From a virus, in the IMG/VR virus record IMGVR_UViG_3300025030_000067, positions 1 through 64,000 of that record: a stretch of DNA of 64,000 nt. One strand, given 5' to 3'. This document shows positions 27,938 through 37,741 of the stretch, in pieces. Position 1 is the first letter of the stretch, and each line of letters opens with the position of its first letter. Both the position numbers and the translations under genes were made by a program. The notes under the pieces are model-generated. The model did no database searches. It saw only the letters and a list, made by a program, of their open reading frames with translations, and was not told where the DNA came from.

Positions 27938-28582
27938 TTAAATCTGAACGTTGGTGCCGGTTGCGTAATTACCGATTGGCACACGCTTGGTCCACGAATT
28001 CTGTACTTTGCAGCTGATCTGCACTGCTCGGTTGAAGACTGTCTGAGGCAGGTGCTCCTGTTCCGGCTTGAGGTCTGCGACTGTGATATCAATCTCATAT
28101 GCCCCTATGCCGGCCAGTGAATCTTGGGCTTCGCAGATGAATCTCTGTACCAATCGTGCCAGCCAAATCGCTTCGTCTATTGTTGCGGTCACCACATCGA
28201 CCCGGTATATTGCTGATGCGACATATCCTTTCGGGATGTCCCAGTGGGTTTGAGTTCCGGTTGCAGGGTATGGCTGTGACTCGCCCAATAGATCGTTCAG
28301 AAACTTATCTGCTGTGTTCTCTTGACCAAGGCTGATTCCGATCTGCGGGAGCGGCATATCCAGCAGCGGGAAGTGTGGAAGGATGTATACCTGTCCGTCG
28401 TCTCTTTTGCGGAGATCACCCGTAAAAGTCTTACGGGTGATGTAGGCGGTTATTTCCGCAATCTCTCCTGCGTCCAAATCGTCGAAAGTGTCATTGATCG
28501 CAAACCCGCCATCCGCTTTCGCTGCCGCAAACTTTTCGAAGAACAGTTTCACCAGATATTTATCTACGTTCGGGAATCCCAT
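27938..28582 (-). CDS. putative tail terminator/neck protein
   Basis: Upstream of the sheath; LPQIGISL motif. Confidence 0.55.
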   Translation of the reverse strand: MGFPNVDKYLVKLFFEKFAAAKADGGFAINDTFDDLDAGEIAEITAYITRKTFTGDLRKRDDGQVYILPHFPLLDMPLPQIGISLGQENTADKFLNDLLGESQPYPATGTQTHWDIPKGYVASAIYRVDVVTATIDEAIWLARLVQRFICEAQDSLAGIGAYEIDITVADLKPEQEHLPQTVFNRAVQISCKVQNSWTKRVPIGNYATGTNVQI

Positions 28583-29349
28583 TATATTGTTCCCATGCTT
28601 ACTGTTGCGGTCTGGAGGTCAAGTACCGCTGCCTGCTGCACCATGGCTTCTACTGCTGGCTTGCAAAAAGCAGATACCGCTCCGGCAATATTATGCGGCT
28701 TGTATCCGGGGTGTATCCATGACCCGGGAGCTGACTTGTCGCTGACAATTCGGAAAGTCATATACTTGTTTTGAGTGGCCTTGGCGTAGGTCTTCTCGAT
28801 CCTTACCATCCCCTCGAATCTGCCGTTCTTGTGCTGATAACCGCTTGTCGGGTTCTTCCCTGGTGCGTGTTGAGTCTCGGTACCCGTGAGCCTGCCGCCC
28901 CACTTGATGGCGTTGCCCTGCTTGACGCTCGCTTTGAGTGCTCTTGCCTGTTTGTAGACGTCCTTCGGCATTGCCGGGAAGTTGCTGTTTGGCGAACTTC
29001 CGTTGCCTGTGCCTTGCCGAAACGGGATGATGTTGTATCTGCCGTTCTTCCCGATTCGTGCCTTTGGTCCGTTCAGGAGTGCCGGCTTCATGTCGAATGG
29101 AGCGCAACCGTTTTCCAGCTGCTCCGCAACTTTTGATGTCGCGACGACCTGCTGGCTGATGCTGTTGCCTTGGGTCAACTGATCTCTGGTGACGATGCTG
29201 TCGGAATAGATGCGTCGCAGACCGATATTATTTTGAACCGGGAGCATACCGGGGATGGTTTGTATCCCCATCACAGCCTGCTGCCATTGAGCCTGGACGA
29301 ATCCTGCTGCTCTCTCAACGGCTGCTTCTATGTTTGGGGTATCGTTCAT
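28582..29349 (-). CDS. putative neck/tail completion protein
   Basis: LENGCAPFDMK, YMTFRIVSDKS..SWIHPG motifs as in Twort-like neck proteins. Confidence 0.65.
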   Translation of the reverse strand: MNDTPNIEAAVERAAGFVQAQWQQAVMGIQTIPGMLPVQNNIGLRRIYSDSIVTRDQLTQGNSISQQVVATSKVAEQLENGCAPFDMKPALLNGPKARIGKNGRYNIIPFRQGTGNGSSPNSNFPAMPKDVYKQARALKASVKQGNAIKWGGRLTGTETQHAPGKNPTSGYQHKNGRFEGMVRIEKTYAKATQNKYMTFRIVSDKSAPGSWIHPGYKPHNIAGAVSAFCKPAVEAMVQQAAVLDLQTATVSMGTI

Positions 29350-29993
29350 CTCGACTCCATGAGGTGTTTCTTGCGCAACATGACCTTGCTGCCGAGGTCG
29401 TCTCCGTGGGTAATTCTCTCAATTGGTGGCACAAATACCAGCCATTCGATGTATGCCCGGTACTTGATCGTATATCTGATGGCGGTTGCTGGTTTGATGC
29501 CGGTTTTGCCGGACCAGTCCCAGGCAATATTCTTGCCTGATAGTCTAAAGTCGGTTCCTTCAACGTACTTCTGTTTGTTTTCGTCAATACAGAATATGCC
29601 GCTGACTCCCTCGTAATAGAGTTTGTCGGATATTCCTGCTCCTCTTACCAGTGGATCGCCCTGGCCGTATGGCAGTGGCCACATAAAAATTATCTTGTCT
29701 CCCTCGCTCACGGTGTCTGATGTGAGTGGGGAAAAGACGCAATCTCCCGGCATGAATACTCCGGTTTCCATCAGCTCTCGCCGCTGGCTGATATCGGTCA
29801 CCAATCCCGTGATAATCTTTTCTTCTGCATACAGCCAACCGCCTGTTTCGTGTTCCATGCAGTTCGGGTTTGGTTGGCCACTGGCATCATGGCAGAAACA
29901 GCGCAGGCCAATCAGGTGCCGGACCTGCTCTCCTTCTTCGGCTACAAAGTTATCAACGGCGTCGATTGGAATTGGCATCACAGCACCACGCAC
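29346..29993 (-). CDS. putative head-tail joining (stopper) protein
   Basis: RCFC...PNPNC..GGW motif; head-tail region. Confidence 0.55.
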   Translation of the reverse strand: MRGAVMPIPIDAVDNFVAEEGEQVRHLIGLRCFCHDASGQPNPNCMEHETGGWLYAEEKIITGLVTDISQRRELMETGVFMPGDCVFSPLTSDTVSEGDKIIFMWPLPYGQGDPLVRGAGISDKLYYEGVSGIFCIDENKQKYVEGTDFRLSGKNIAWDWSGKTGIKPATAIRYTIKYRAYIEWLVFVPPIERITHGDDLGSKVMLRKKHLMESR

Positions 29994-31333
29994 GAGATAC
30001 CGCGATACAGGTTGCGCAGTCGCGGCAGATTGGTTTTGTTCCAGTCTTTGTATTCCTGGATGGCGGTGTCGTAGACGCCTTTTGCGTTGTAGCTCTGGCT
30101 TCTACTGACACCGTCCTTGCTGATGCTTTCGCTGGTCATTCCTGATCGCCACGCTTGCTCTGCGGTAGTCAGGATCGATATGGCCGAGGTGTAGCCGACC
30201 ATCTTGATTATCTCTGCCGGGATCTTCTCGTCTATGCCGAGAATGGCTTTGTACCGCCAGAAATCGGCGATGAATTCGCGCACGCCCCAGAAGTTTATGC
30301 CCATGAAGAATGTCCAGTATTGTGCGTACTGGCTGTTGTACGGCAGGACATCCACGTTCCCGCTCTTGCGGTTGACGGTCAGTGCGCCTGATTTCAGTTC
30401 CATGGCCCTGGTGTTACCGATGTAACCCACGAGGTCTGTCACTTTGCCTACCTGATGATATGGAAGGTCGAGGTGCCACCCCATGCCGCGTTTGTTAAAA
30501 TCCTTCTCGTAAAAAGTGAGCGGTACCGCTTTCGAGTCGAAATATTCCCCCTGTTCCGGATTGGAATAGTACGGCTCGGTTGCTACTCGGGTTGGCTCCA
30601 AGAATATCTTGAGCATGCTCTCGACTTCCTGAGTGGCCTTTTCAATTTCGCTCTGCAGGAAGCCATCGGCCAGTTCTTCTTGGTCGAGCAGGATCCCTTC
30701 GGCGGCATCAGCGGATGGTAGCGAGAAGAAATCCACGTCCACCTCGCAATAATTGCCGGTGGCGTCCAACAGGATCTCGCTGGTGCTGTTTTTGGTGATA
30801 GGGATTGGTGTACCCTTGCCCCAAGTCAGTGTGTTGCCTGTGGCTTTATATTCAAGGCCAACGACGCCCTTCTTGGTGCCCTTGGATACGCCCGTGATGG
30901 TTACTCCGGTCACGACGGCAGGCTGCCGCTTCGGCATCAGTTTGTATCCGGACACCAGATGTAAACCCTGGCAGTAGGTCCGCCGCATTTCGTCTGCCGT
31001 GATGATGGACACTTTGAACGCAGCGACCGAAGTCAGATCGCCTTGTGTCGCTGTGATCTTGTAGTCGCCTCGGTTGATATGCGTTGTCCCGTCTGCATCA
31101 TTGATGTTGGCCAGATCGAACTCTACGACAATCCCCTTGGCTGCGCTTCCGCTGAATACGATGGCCTGGGTAGCCAGCGGGACGCCTTTCTTTTCCAGGG
31201 AAATAACTACTGGCTCCGAGGCCAGGTCGATGGCGGGAGAGGGTACGATCCTCGCCTTCACCACCGACCTTGGAGCCTCGTATCGGGAATATTCATCTCG
31301 GTTGAGATATATGCCGACCCCGGTAAGTGCCAT
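29978..31333 (-). CDS. putative head-tail adaptor protein
   Basis: C-terminal SESISKDGVSRS motif; downstream of the capsid genes. Confidence 0.6.
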   Translation of the reverse strand: MALTGVGIYLNRDEYSRYEAPRSVVKARIVPSPAIDLASEPVVISLEKKGVPLATQAIVFSGSAAKGIVVEFDLANINDADGTTHINRGDYKITATQGDLTSVAAFKVSIITADEMRRTYCQGLHLVSGYKLMPKRQPAVVTGVTITGVSKGTKKGVVGLEYKATGNTLTWGKGTPIPITKNSTSEILLDATGNYCEVDVDFFSLPSADAAEGILLDQEELADGFLQSEIEKATQEVESMLKIFLEPTRVATEPYYSNPEQGEYFDSKAVPLTFYEKDFNKRGMGWHLDLPYHQVGKVTDLVGYIGNTRAMELKSGALTVNRKSGNVDVLPYNSQYAQYWTFFMGINFWGVREFIADFWRYKAILGIDEKIPAEIIKMVGYTSAISILTTAEQAWRSGMTSESISKDGVSRSQSYNAKGVYDTAIQEYKDWNKTNLPRLRNLYRGISCVVL

Positions 31334-31561
31334 TTATGCGATCTTCTTGGCGTCAACAGCGACAAACGCTGGCGTGAAACCTGTACCAGAAGAACCGTCC
31401 GGGGCTTTTGTGGCGACAGCACTGTGTGTGTGGACTGAATATGCTGCTTTCAGTTCTTCGACTTCATCCACCAGCTTGTTGAACTCTTCGCGCATAGCGA
31501 CCAGTTCTGCTCCATATGCTGCCTTGTTTGATCCGAATGTCCGTGTTGTTCGTGTTGCCAT
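31334..31561 (-). CDS. small head-region protein
   Basis: GGAGG RBS; 75 aa with coiled coil and HTH motif. Confidence 0.6.
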   Translation of the reverse strand: MATRTTRTFGSNKAAYGAELVAMREEFNKLVDEVEELKAAYSVHTHSAVATKAPDGSSGTGFTPAFVAVDAKKIA

Positions 31562-31594
31562 TGCGACACCTCCTGGTTATATGGGTTACTTCAG

Positions 31595-31969
31595 TTACTT
31601 CGCGAGTGCTTTGCTGCGTTTTGCGGCTTCGTCCATGACGCTCTTGCGAGGGTTTTCACTGATGCGTGCTTCTTCCGCAATCAGCTCTTCAATCTCTTCG
31701 ACCGTGATGGCTGCCCTGATCTTCTCAATCATCTCGGCTGCTGTTGCGATTTTGGCATCTGATTCTTTGCCGCCGTCTGCATCGACCTTTGGCTTCCAAT
31801 AGTCGGGCAGGCCGATTGAGAGAAATGCGCCGGCTTCGTCGTTGTCGCACATGGCCAGAAACACGTCGGGTGTGTCAGTCTCTTTGAATTCGACCGTTAC
31901 GGATTCGCCTTTTACCTTTGTGGCAATTTTGCCTTTGTGGCGGGATGCTATTTCGATGGTCTTTGACAT
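31595..31969 (-). CDS. head-region hypothetical protein
   Basis: AAGGAG RBS; 124 aa. Confidence 0.65.
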   Translation of the reverse strand: MSKTIEIASRHKGKIATKVKGESVTVEFKETDTPDVFLAMCDNDEAGAFLSIGLPDYWKPKVDADGGKESDAKIATAAEMIEKIRAAITVEEIEELIAEEARISENPRKSVMDEAAKRSKALAK

Positions 31970-31995
31970 AAAAGCTCCTTGGAGTGATTTGATAA

Positions 31996-32019
31996 GCGGG
32001 AGGCCGTTAAGCCTCCCGC
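31996..32019 (-). terminator. hairpin after major capsid gene
   Basis: GCGGGAGGC-CGTTAA-GCCTCCCGC. Confidence 0.6.
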
Positions 32020-32040
32020 CTTGTTACATATACGCTACAC

Positions 32041-33480
32041 TTATGGCGCAGTGTATGTACCGCAGTTTTTGTAGATCATCACTCGTTCAGGAGCTTTGAT
32101 CACGGAAACGATGTACAGCAGCAGCATGAACGGGAAGGTTGTGCCTACCTGTGGCAGCGGCATTTTGATAAGCGGTGTCATCTGAGCGATGGCGATGTCG
32201 CGTGCGTCCGGCTTGATCACCAGTGCGATGCCGTCAGAAGGTTTACCGGCTGCATCCACAGTGCTCCATTCGCCCTTGTCAACGAAGGTCAGGTCGCCGG
32301 AAGCGGTCTGCGCAACCTTGGCAATCCATTTCGCGTCAGAACCGTTTGCCAGCTTACCGCGATAGATGCGGTATCCAGTAGCGCCGGCCAGGCGGGTAAC
32401 TACGATGGTCACCTTTGTGGTGGCATCAGGTACTGCAATGGCACTGGTAATGGTCCCGAGGGATTCGCCAGTGTCGTTGAACGCGGCCACTGTGTAGTAA
32501 TATGTGGCGGCGAGGTGCTGACCGGCAGCGTCGTCGGCTGCTGCTGGCTGGGTTGTGATTGCTGGTGCGGCAGGAACGCCAGCCGGTGCGGCAGCCAAAG
32601 GTGCGGCAGCTTCGACTTCCTGGAGCAGAATGGAGTAGTCGAAATTGAACCGACCGAACTGCGTATCGTATCCGTCAAGGTTTTGTCCCAAGGAATACGT
32701 CGGCTGCTGTCCGCCGTCCTTGTTGAAGCGAACCATGTTGCGGGATGCGAACTGCTGGTTCAATCCTGCGGTTACGTGTGCCGACTGCAGCACGTTGTAC
32801 CCGTTGACACTGGCCTGCTTGCCGGTGGTTACCAGGGACTGGGCGGCAACGTCCAGTTCATTGAAAGTCAGGGGAGCGCCCTTCATATCAATTACGTTCG
32901 CCGAGTTGGCAGCGGTCAGTGCAGCCAAGAGCCCGTCGAAGTTTACTTCTTCGCCGTTCTCGTCCTTGATTGCAGACTGGCCGAACACCAATTCACGCTC
33001 TACTTTTTCGAGAAGCTCCAGCGTGCGGTCACGGTTCTCGCGGACGGTGGGGTCTTCGAAAGCGCCGCCATTCTGTCCAGTGATCAGCATCTGGTGAGTG
33101 ATCCCGCCGAGTACGCCGAGGAACTTGTTGTAGATACCTTTACGCTCAAACGTAGAGGTTCCGCCCTTTGGTGCCCCGCCCTGACGGAAGCCAGCGCCAC
33201 CGCTGCGGTTGGAACCGAAGCCTTTGTGGACGTTGTACTCGTAGTAAGGCTGCGCACTGGGAACCTTGGGGAGCATGTTGAACAGCTTGAAGTGCTGCTC
33301 GGTGATGAGTACTTCTGTCATCACTGCATCCAGGTTTTCCAGCATGAGTGGTCCGGACTGAATGCCTCCGGGACCGCTGTTGGTGGTTGCGAGTGCTTTG
33401 CGCAGGTCGTCGACGATACCGTCACCGGTCTGGTTGTAGCCACCGCTTTTCAACATCTGATCGTAACTTTGTACTTCCAT
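32041..33480 (-). CDS. major capsid protein (SPO1/Twort-like)
   Basis: LRKAL...PLMLENLD N-terminus, E..LVFG...FDGL, inserted Ig-like domain (YYYTVAAFN..GES, GYRIYR), PLIKMPL; follows protease and scaffold. Confidence 0.9.
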   Translation of the reverse strand: MEVQSYDQMLKSGGYNQTGDGIVDDLRKALATTNSGPGGIQSGPLMLENLDAVMTEVLITEQHFKLFNMLPKVPSAQPYYEYNVHKGFGSNRSGGAGFRQGGAPKGGTSTFERKGIYNKFLGVLGGITHQMLITGQNGGAFEDPTVRENRDRTLELLEKVERELVFGQSAIKDENGEEVNFDGLLAALTAANSANVIDMKGAPLTFNELDVAAQSLVTTGKQASVNGYNVLQSAHVTAGLNQQFASRNMVRFNKDGGQQPTYSLGQNLDGYDTQFGRFNFDYSILLQEVEAAAPLAAAPAGVPAAPAITTQPAAADDAAGQHLAATYYYTVAAFNDTGESLGTITSAIAVPDATTKVTIVVTRLAGATGYRIYRGKLANGSDAKWIAKVAQTASGDLTFVDKGEWSTVDAAGKPSDGIALVIKPDARDIAIAQMTPLIKMPLPQVGTTFPFMLLLYIVSVIKAPERVMIYKNCGTYTAP

Positions 33481-33511
33481 TTGGGTGTTCCTCCTTTTGT
33501 TGTACGGTGCT

Positions 33512-34198
33512 TTACAGACCGATTATTTTTTTGACGTCGTCGGGGAGACGGCCAACGTCTTTGTAAGTGCCGAATATCGACAGGTGACGAGCGTCTACCT
33601 GCCCTGCCTGTACTGCTTTTGTCAGCGATTCTGAAATATCAGATATTGATTTGGTGAGTTCCTCCACCACTTCAACACCGCCGATGCCGAACTTAGCCTG
33701 GCCGGGAGATAGTGGTTTCGCTCCGAGTTCGGTTACCGACTTCTCGATGCGTTCCATATCTTCATGGCGAGATTTGGCAAGGGATGCGATCACCTTGGCC
33801 TGCTTGATGTTCAAATTCAGCAGAGCAGCGACAGACTTTTTCAGCGAGTCAACTTCGCCGGCAAGGCCTACCGTCATCTCCTGGACCGATTTTTCGAGAG
33901 ACGCGAACGCATCGCTGGCTTTTACCAGCTCTTCATCGTAGTTCTCGTCCTGCGTGGATTTGTCGAGGTCGGCTTCACCTTCGCCATCTCCCTCTTCTTC
34001 GCCAACGGGCTCTGCGCCTTTGTCGTCCTCGTCACCGTCCGGCTCTTTGTGGCTTTTGGTCAACTCATCGCCGAGTTCTTCTTCCAGAGACTTGGTCAAC
34101 TCGTCCAGTTCGTCTTTGGGCTCTTCTTTGACGGACTTTTCAAGATCATCAAGCTCTTCCATCGCCTTATCTAAGGCTTCTTGATTCTCTACACTCAT
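33512..34198 (-). CDS. scaffold-like acidic head protein
   Basis: Acidic coiled coil with about a dozen (L/I)xK(S/A) motifs, between protease and MCP. Confidence 0.75.
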   Translation of the reverse strand: MSVENQEALDKAMEELDDLEKSVKEEPKDELDELTKSLEEELGDELTKSHKEPDGDEDDKGAEPVGEEEGDGEGEADLDKSTQDENYDEELVKASDAFASLEKSVQEMTVGLAGEVDSLKKSVAALLNLNIKQAKVIASLAKSRHEDMERIEKSVTELGAKPLSPGQAKFGIGGVEVVEELTKSISDISESLTKAVQAGQVDARHLSIFGTYKDVGRLPDDVKKIIGL

Positions 34199-34225
34199 TC
34201 GCGTTTCCTCCTTTTGATTTGCTGC

Positions 34226-35182
34226 TTACGGTTTATGTAAAATTCCCGCTGCCTTTACTAACGCTGCGAGGTCTGGCCTGTATTGGGCACCATGTATTGC
34301 TTTCCGCAGGAAGTTGATGCTCTGGCCTTTTGAATATCCCTGACATTTTTGCATATGTTCGACGGCCCCGGTCAGACCACCGTTGAACTTCCCGGCTGAG
34401 TTAAAGCATCCGCAGTCCGTGTTGTTGCCGTACAGGATGCCGCTCATGCCTCTGTCGAGGTTTTCCAGCATGAGTGGTCCGGCTGACGTAGTGGACATCG
34501 CTTTATTCAGATCTTCGACGTCTTCTTTGCTCATAGGTGCATGTGCTCCACAGCTGTGCCCTGGGGTATAGAGCGGGTGATCTGGTGAGCATTTGCCGCA
34601 GCAGAACGACTTACGGAAGAGCTCTATGGTGGCATCCTCGTTAACCGGCTTGTGTGTCACTGCGAGATTGCAAACTACCGACCTCACGATCTTGTTGCCT
34701 TTGCGCTGCAGCACTCCGCCTTCTACCGAATACGCCAGTGCTCGTTTGCCTCCGGACTTTTGAAACGCGAGCCCCAGCTCCCACATCTCGTCGGCCAGCT
34801 TGGTCTGCTCGCTGGTGGTTTCTCCGGTGGGTTTGAGCAGTTCTCCTTCTACCCATAGGCCTTTGTCTCTGATCTCAGCTCTTGTGGGATAGCCGATGAT
34901 GATCGGCATCTTGGCGCCTTTGACTACTCCGCAGCTCGGGCACTTGGACAGTGCATGGATGTGTCCGCATTTGAGGCACTTGGCGTAGTGGTCATAGTTC
35001 AGGTATCCGGATTTCATAAGCGGTCCGAAGTCGATTCCGGATTGCAAGATAACTTCACCGTCCTGGTCCATGCTTTCGGTGGATGCGTATCCGCGAACGA
35101 TACGGCGATCTCCACCTGCGCTCTTGCGTAGCTCCATCTCGATCGGTAACTCAAACAGGACTTGGTTGTCGGTTTCTTCCAT
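34226..35182 (-). CDS. prohead protease (HK97/U35-like)
   Basis: GYASTESMDQDGE, LNYDH, GLWVEGEL, YSVEG (catalytic Ser), AVTHKPVN. Confidence 0.88.
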   Translation of the reverse strand: MEETDNQVLFELPIEMELRKSAGGDRRIVRGYASTESMDQDGEVILQSGIDFGPLMKSGYLNYDHYAKCLKCGHIHALSKCPSCGVVKGAKMPIIIGYPTRAEIRDKGLWVEGELLKPTGETTSEQTKLADEMWELGLAFQKSGGKRALAYSVEGGVLQRKGNKIVRSVVCNLAVTHKPVNEDATIELFRKSFCCGKCSPDHPLYTPGHSCGAHAPMSKEDVEDLNKAMSTTSAGPLMLENLDRGMSGILYGNNTDCGCFNSAGKFNGGLTGAVEHMQKCQGYSKGQSINFLRKAIHGAQYRPDLAALVKAAGILHKP

Positions 35183-35259
35183 CTGCTGCCCCTAGAACAC
35201 AAAAAGACGGCTCCGGGTTTACCCAGATGCCGCCTATAACTGCGCTGACTCGTAGTTGC

Positions 35260-35454
35260 CTATTCGCCGTTTGCGCCTGTCAAGCGTTGTTTCGTAACTT
35301 CGATGTTGCCTTTTGGTGTTACCGTTATGTTTATTTCCTGCCCTTTGAAGTAAAAACAGAGCGGGAAATCATCTCTTTTAAGCACTGGTATTGCCGCCGT
35401 TTCTGCCTGTTTGCTCTTTCGGAGCAGATATATCAGCTTCGGGGCTTTGTTCAT
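35260..35454 (-). CDS. small hypothetical protein with LRKS motif
   Basis: 64 aa immediately downstream of a box-containing promoter. Confidence 0.5.
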   Translation of the reverse strand: MNKAPKLIYLLRKSKQAETAAIPVLKRDDFPLCFYFKGQEINITVTPKGNIEVTKQRLTGANGE

Positions 35455-35462
35455 TTGTTCTG

Positions 35463-35500
35463 ATTCTAAATATCGCTGTAGCGTATGTCAAACATTTTGC
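35463..35500 (-). promoter_or_regulatory. putative promoter containing the 13-bp box (head genes)
   Basis: Minus strand GCAAAA-tgt-TTGACA-N17(tacgctaca...)-TAGAAT. Confidence 0.7.
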
Positions 35501-35821
35501 TTACGGTTTTCCACCATATCGCTTTTTGTCTTTAATCCTTCTGTTTGGTCGCTTGCTGGTCATGTACGGTCGCTCGACTGTCATGATCTTTGTCACATCC
35601 TCGTCCGTGACGAACCGCCAGTACTCAGCGACGAAGTATCGGGCTGGCGTAAACCCGTTCTTGATGGTTCTGATGGCTGCTCCGTAGCCAAGGTCTACCT
35701 CTTCTGCTGTAGCTATGAGGCGGTCAAGTTCGGTCCGGTAGCATGGCGGTGGTTCGCTTTCCCATCTCTTCAGGAAGCGCAGCCAGGCATGCCTGGTGAT
35801 TTCTGCTTTGCGTAGTGGCAT
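35501..35821 (-). CDS. hypothetical protein (ITRHAWLRF motif)
   Basis: 106 aa, coupled to the upstream gene (TAATG). Confidence 0.6.
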   Translation of the reverse strand: MPLRKAEITRHAWLRFLKRWESEPPPCYRTELDRLIATAEEVDLGYGAAIRTIKNGFTPARYFVAEYWRFVTDEDVTKIMTVERPYMTSKRPNRRIKDKKRYGGKP

Positions 35822-36729
35822 TAGTAACGGATCCCGGCTCTAGCTTTGAGTAGGCCCATCTTCTTGACCTCTGCCATCTTGGAGTAGTAGTGCGGATCCT
35901 CGTCGAGATGTACCAATACGATTTTGGCGATCTTGGTCTCATCATGGTCCACAACGTCGGCATGCTCTTGCTCGTCGAACATGCCGTCACAGAATTCGTC
36001 CAGGTTGTACCGTTTCCAGTCAATGCCCATGCTGTCGCCCAACTGCTTACACATAGCTTCACCGGACTTTTTAAGTTCCTGCGGCATTCCTCGCCTTGCG
36101 GCAGCCAGCAGGTCTTCTGCCGTCAGAGGACGTCCGGCCTTCACCGATGCCTCGTCAATGGCTCGCTGGGCTCTGTCTCGGAGTTCGTCTTCTCTGAAAA
36201 GCCGTCCCGGACCTGTTTTGATGCCGTTGTCGGATTCTGTAGGCGGAATATACTGGTTCCCACTCTGCAACTTTTTACCCTTCATGCTGGTCAGTGCTTC
36301 TTTGAATTCACCGAACGGCCAGATACTCATGCTGCCAAAGAACCGTGGCTCGCTGTAGGATGCGTGGAAGGCCCGGACAGCTTCTCCAGGCGTGTTCAGG
36401 CCGACGAAACACTTGTCTTCGTCGTACTCAGTGAAATCCGGGGCTCTGGTTGTATGGACTACATAGACCTCGGAATTTGCGGAGGGATCTGGCCCAACAA
36501 AGACGTCTACTGCATCTCCGTCTGTGGCCAGCGTGCCTCTTATGTAACCGTATGGTAGCGACATTCTGCTCATGCCCTGGCTGCCGTCCTGCGGATTGTG
36601 CCATTCGCGACATCGGCTGCGTCCGGTCTCGATGCTGATCGGGAGACCATTGAAGTTGACCCTGCCATGGAGCTGGCGGGATTTGATCAGTGATGGTAGG
36701 TGCTTGATACTTTTTTTGTCTTCTATCAT
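35821..36729 (-). CDS. inorganic-pyrophosphatase-like domain plus DUF5661-like domain
   Basis: GLPISIE...YGYIRGT..DGDAVDVFVGP...YDEDK (phage InPase-like); EQEH...HLDEDPHYYSK C-terminal domain. Confidence 0.75.
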   Translation of the reverse strand: MIEDKKSIKHLPSLIKSRQLHGRVNFNGLPISIETGRSRCREWHNPQDGSQGMSRMSLPYGYIRGTLATDGDAVDVFVGPDPSANSEVYVVHTTRAPDFTEYDEDKCFVGLNTPGEAVRAFHASYSEPRFFGSMSIWPFGEFKEALTSMKGKKLQSGNQYIPPTESDNGIKTGPGRLFREDELRDRAQRAIDEASVKAGRPLTAEDLLAAARRGMPQELKKSGEAMCKQLGDSMGIDWKRYNLDEFCDGMFDEQEHADVVDHDETKIAKIVLVHLDEDPHYYSKMAEVKKMGLLKARAGIRY

Positions 36730-37127
36730 GCGATGTCTCCGCTTACCTTGCTGTAAAGTTCCCCTGGCGATACCTGTCTTGGGCTTAAGCCCATTGCTGC
36801 GGCTGCCAGCTCAGAGCAGTACCAGCGACTGGGGTCGTCGAATCCAAGCGTAATAAGTCCAAGGATTCCCAGCCAGTCGTAACCCTTGCCGACTTGATTG
36901 AGAAGCCATGGCGCATCTTTCTGTAATTCAACTTCAACCACATCCCAGTTGTCCCGGTTAAAAGTCGTTACTGGAGCGGTTCGGACTTTTCCTGACCAGG
37001 CGTCGGCGGCACAGGCTATCCCACCCACTACAATCTCGACGTGGCTGTACCGGCTTTTCGTCCACCACCTGATCACCTTGTCAAAAAACTTGCCCGGAGC
37101 TTTATAAAACCAGAGCTGTGCTTCCAT
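36726..37127 (-). CDS. permuted papain-like (NlpC/P60, C92/YiiX-like) peptidase
   Basis: YSHVEIV ... GYDWLG ... WYCSEL (His before Cys). Confidence 0.75.
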   Translation of the reverse strand: MEAQLWFYKAPGKFFDKVIRWWTKSRYSHVEIVVGGIACAADAWSGKVRTAPVTTFNRDNWDVVEVELQKDAPWLLNQVGKGYDWLGILGLITLGFDDPSRWYCSELAAAAMGLSPRQVSPGELYSKVSGDIA

Positions 37128-37234
37128 GCGTCGCCTCCGTTATTTTCAGTCCCAGCATCCAACAGGGAAATGTTCGGGGCAGCAAAAGAAATCCTTGCAG
37201 CCTCGGCATTGTTCTCCGAAGCATGGGTTCTCAC

Positions 37235-37666
37235 TTACTTCGGTTGTCTCTTCCGTATCGCGTACCAATATTTTAATTCTCCGCTTTCCAATACGTTAAT
37301 TCCCTGCCACAGCTTGTTCGGGTTTGGGTCGTGGACCACTACGCCATTCTGGTCGATGATTATCGCGTGAGTGGCGTTCTCAAACGTCTTGCTTGCCACG
37401 CAGGCCTCGAAGTAACCGTCTACGCTGTCTGTCAGCTCCAACCGATCTTTGTCCGGCATTAAGCACCCGATGTATTCGTATCCCATGGCGTAGAGGAAGT
37501 ACCAGTACACGTCAAACCAGCCGCGTTCCGGAAACTTGCGGAAGTTCGGCACCTGGTCAATTTCGAGATCAAATAAGCTGGCAACTACCGCTCGCTGGCA
37601 GTCTCCGGTACCAACGCAGACGATTGTCTGGTATATGGGTGTCATTGTTTCTTTTCTCCTGGGCAA
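37235..37666 (-). CDS. hypothetical protein, papain-like Cys-His-Asp pattern
   Basis: GDCQRA...THAII...VVHDPNP. Confidence 0.55.
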   Translation of the reverse strand: MPRRKETMTPIYQTIVCVGTGDCQRAVVASLFDLEIDQVPNFRKFPERGWFDVYWYFLYAMGYEYIGCLMPDKDRLELTDSVDGYFEACVASKTFENATHAIIIDQNGVVVHDPNPNKLWQGINVLESGELKYWYAIRKRQPK

Positions 37667-37741
37667 TTATTGCATCCGAGTCCGCAGGATCCGTCGCAAC
37701 GCTTCTCTTTTGTAACTGGGCACCGAAAGCAGGTTGCCATG

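Noticed and set aside
20719-32019. Shared CGTTA loop sequence in three terminator hairpins (20719, 24650, 31996)
   Set aside because: Too short and too few copies to separate from chance or common ancestry.
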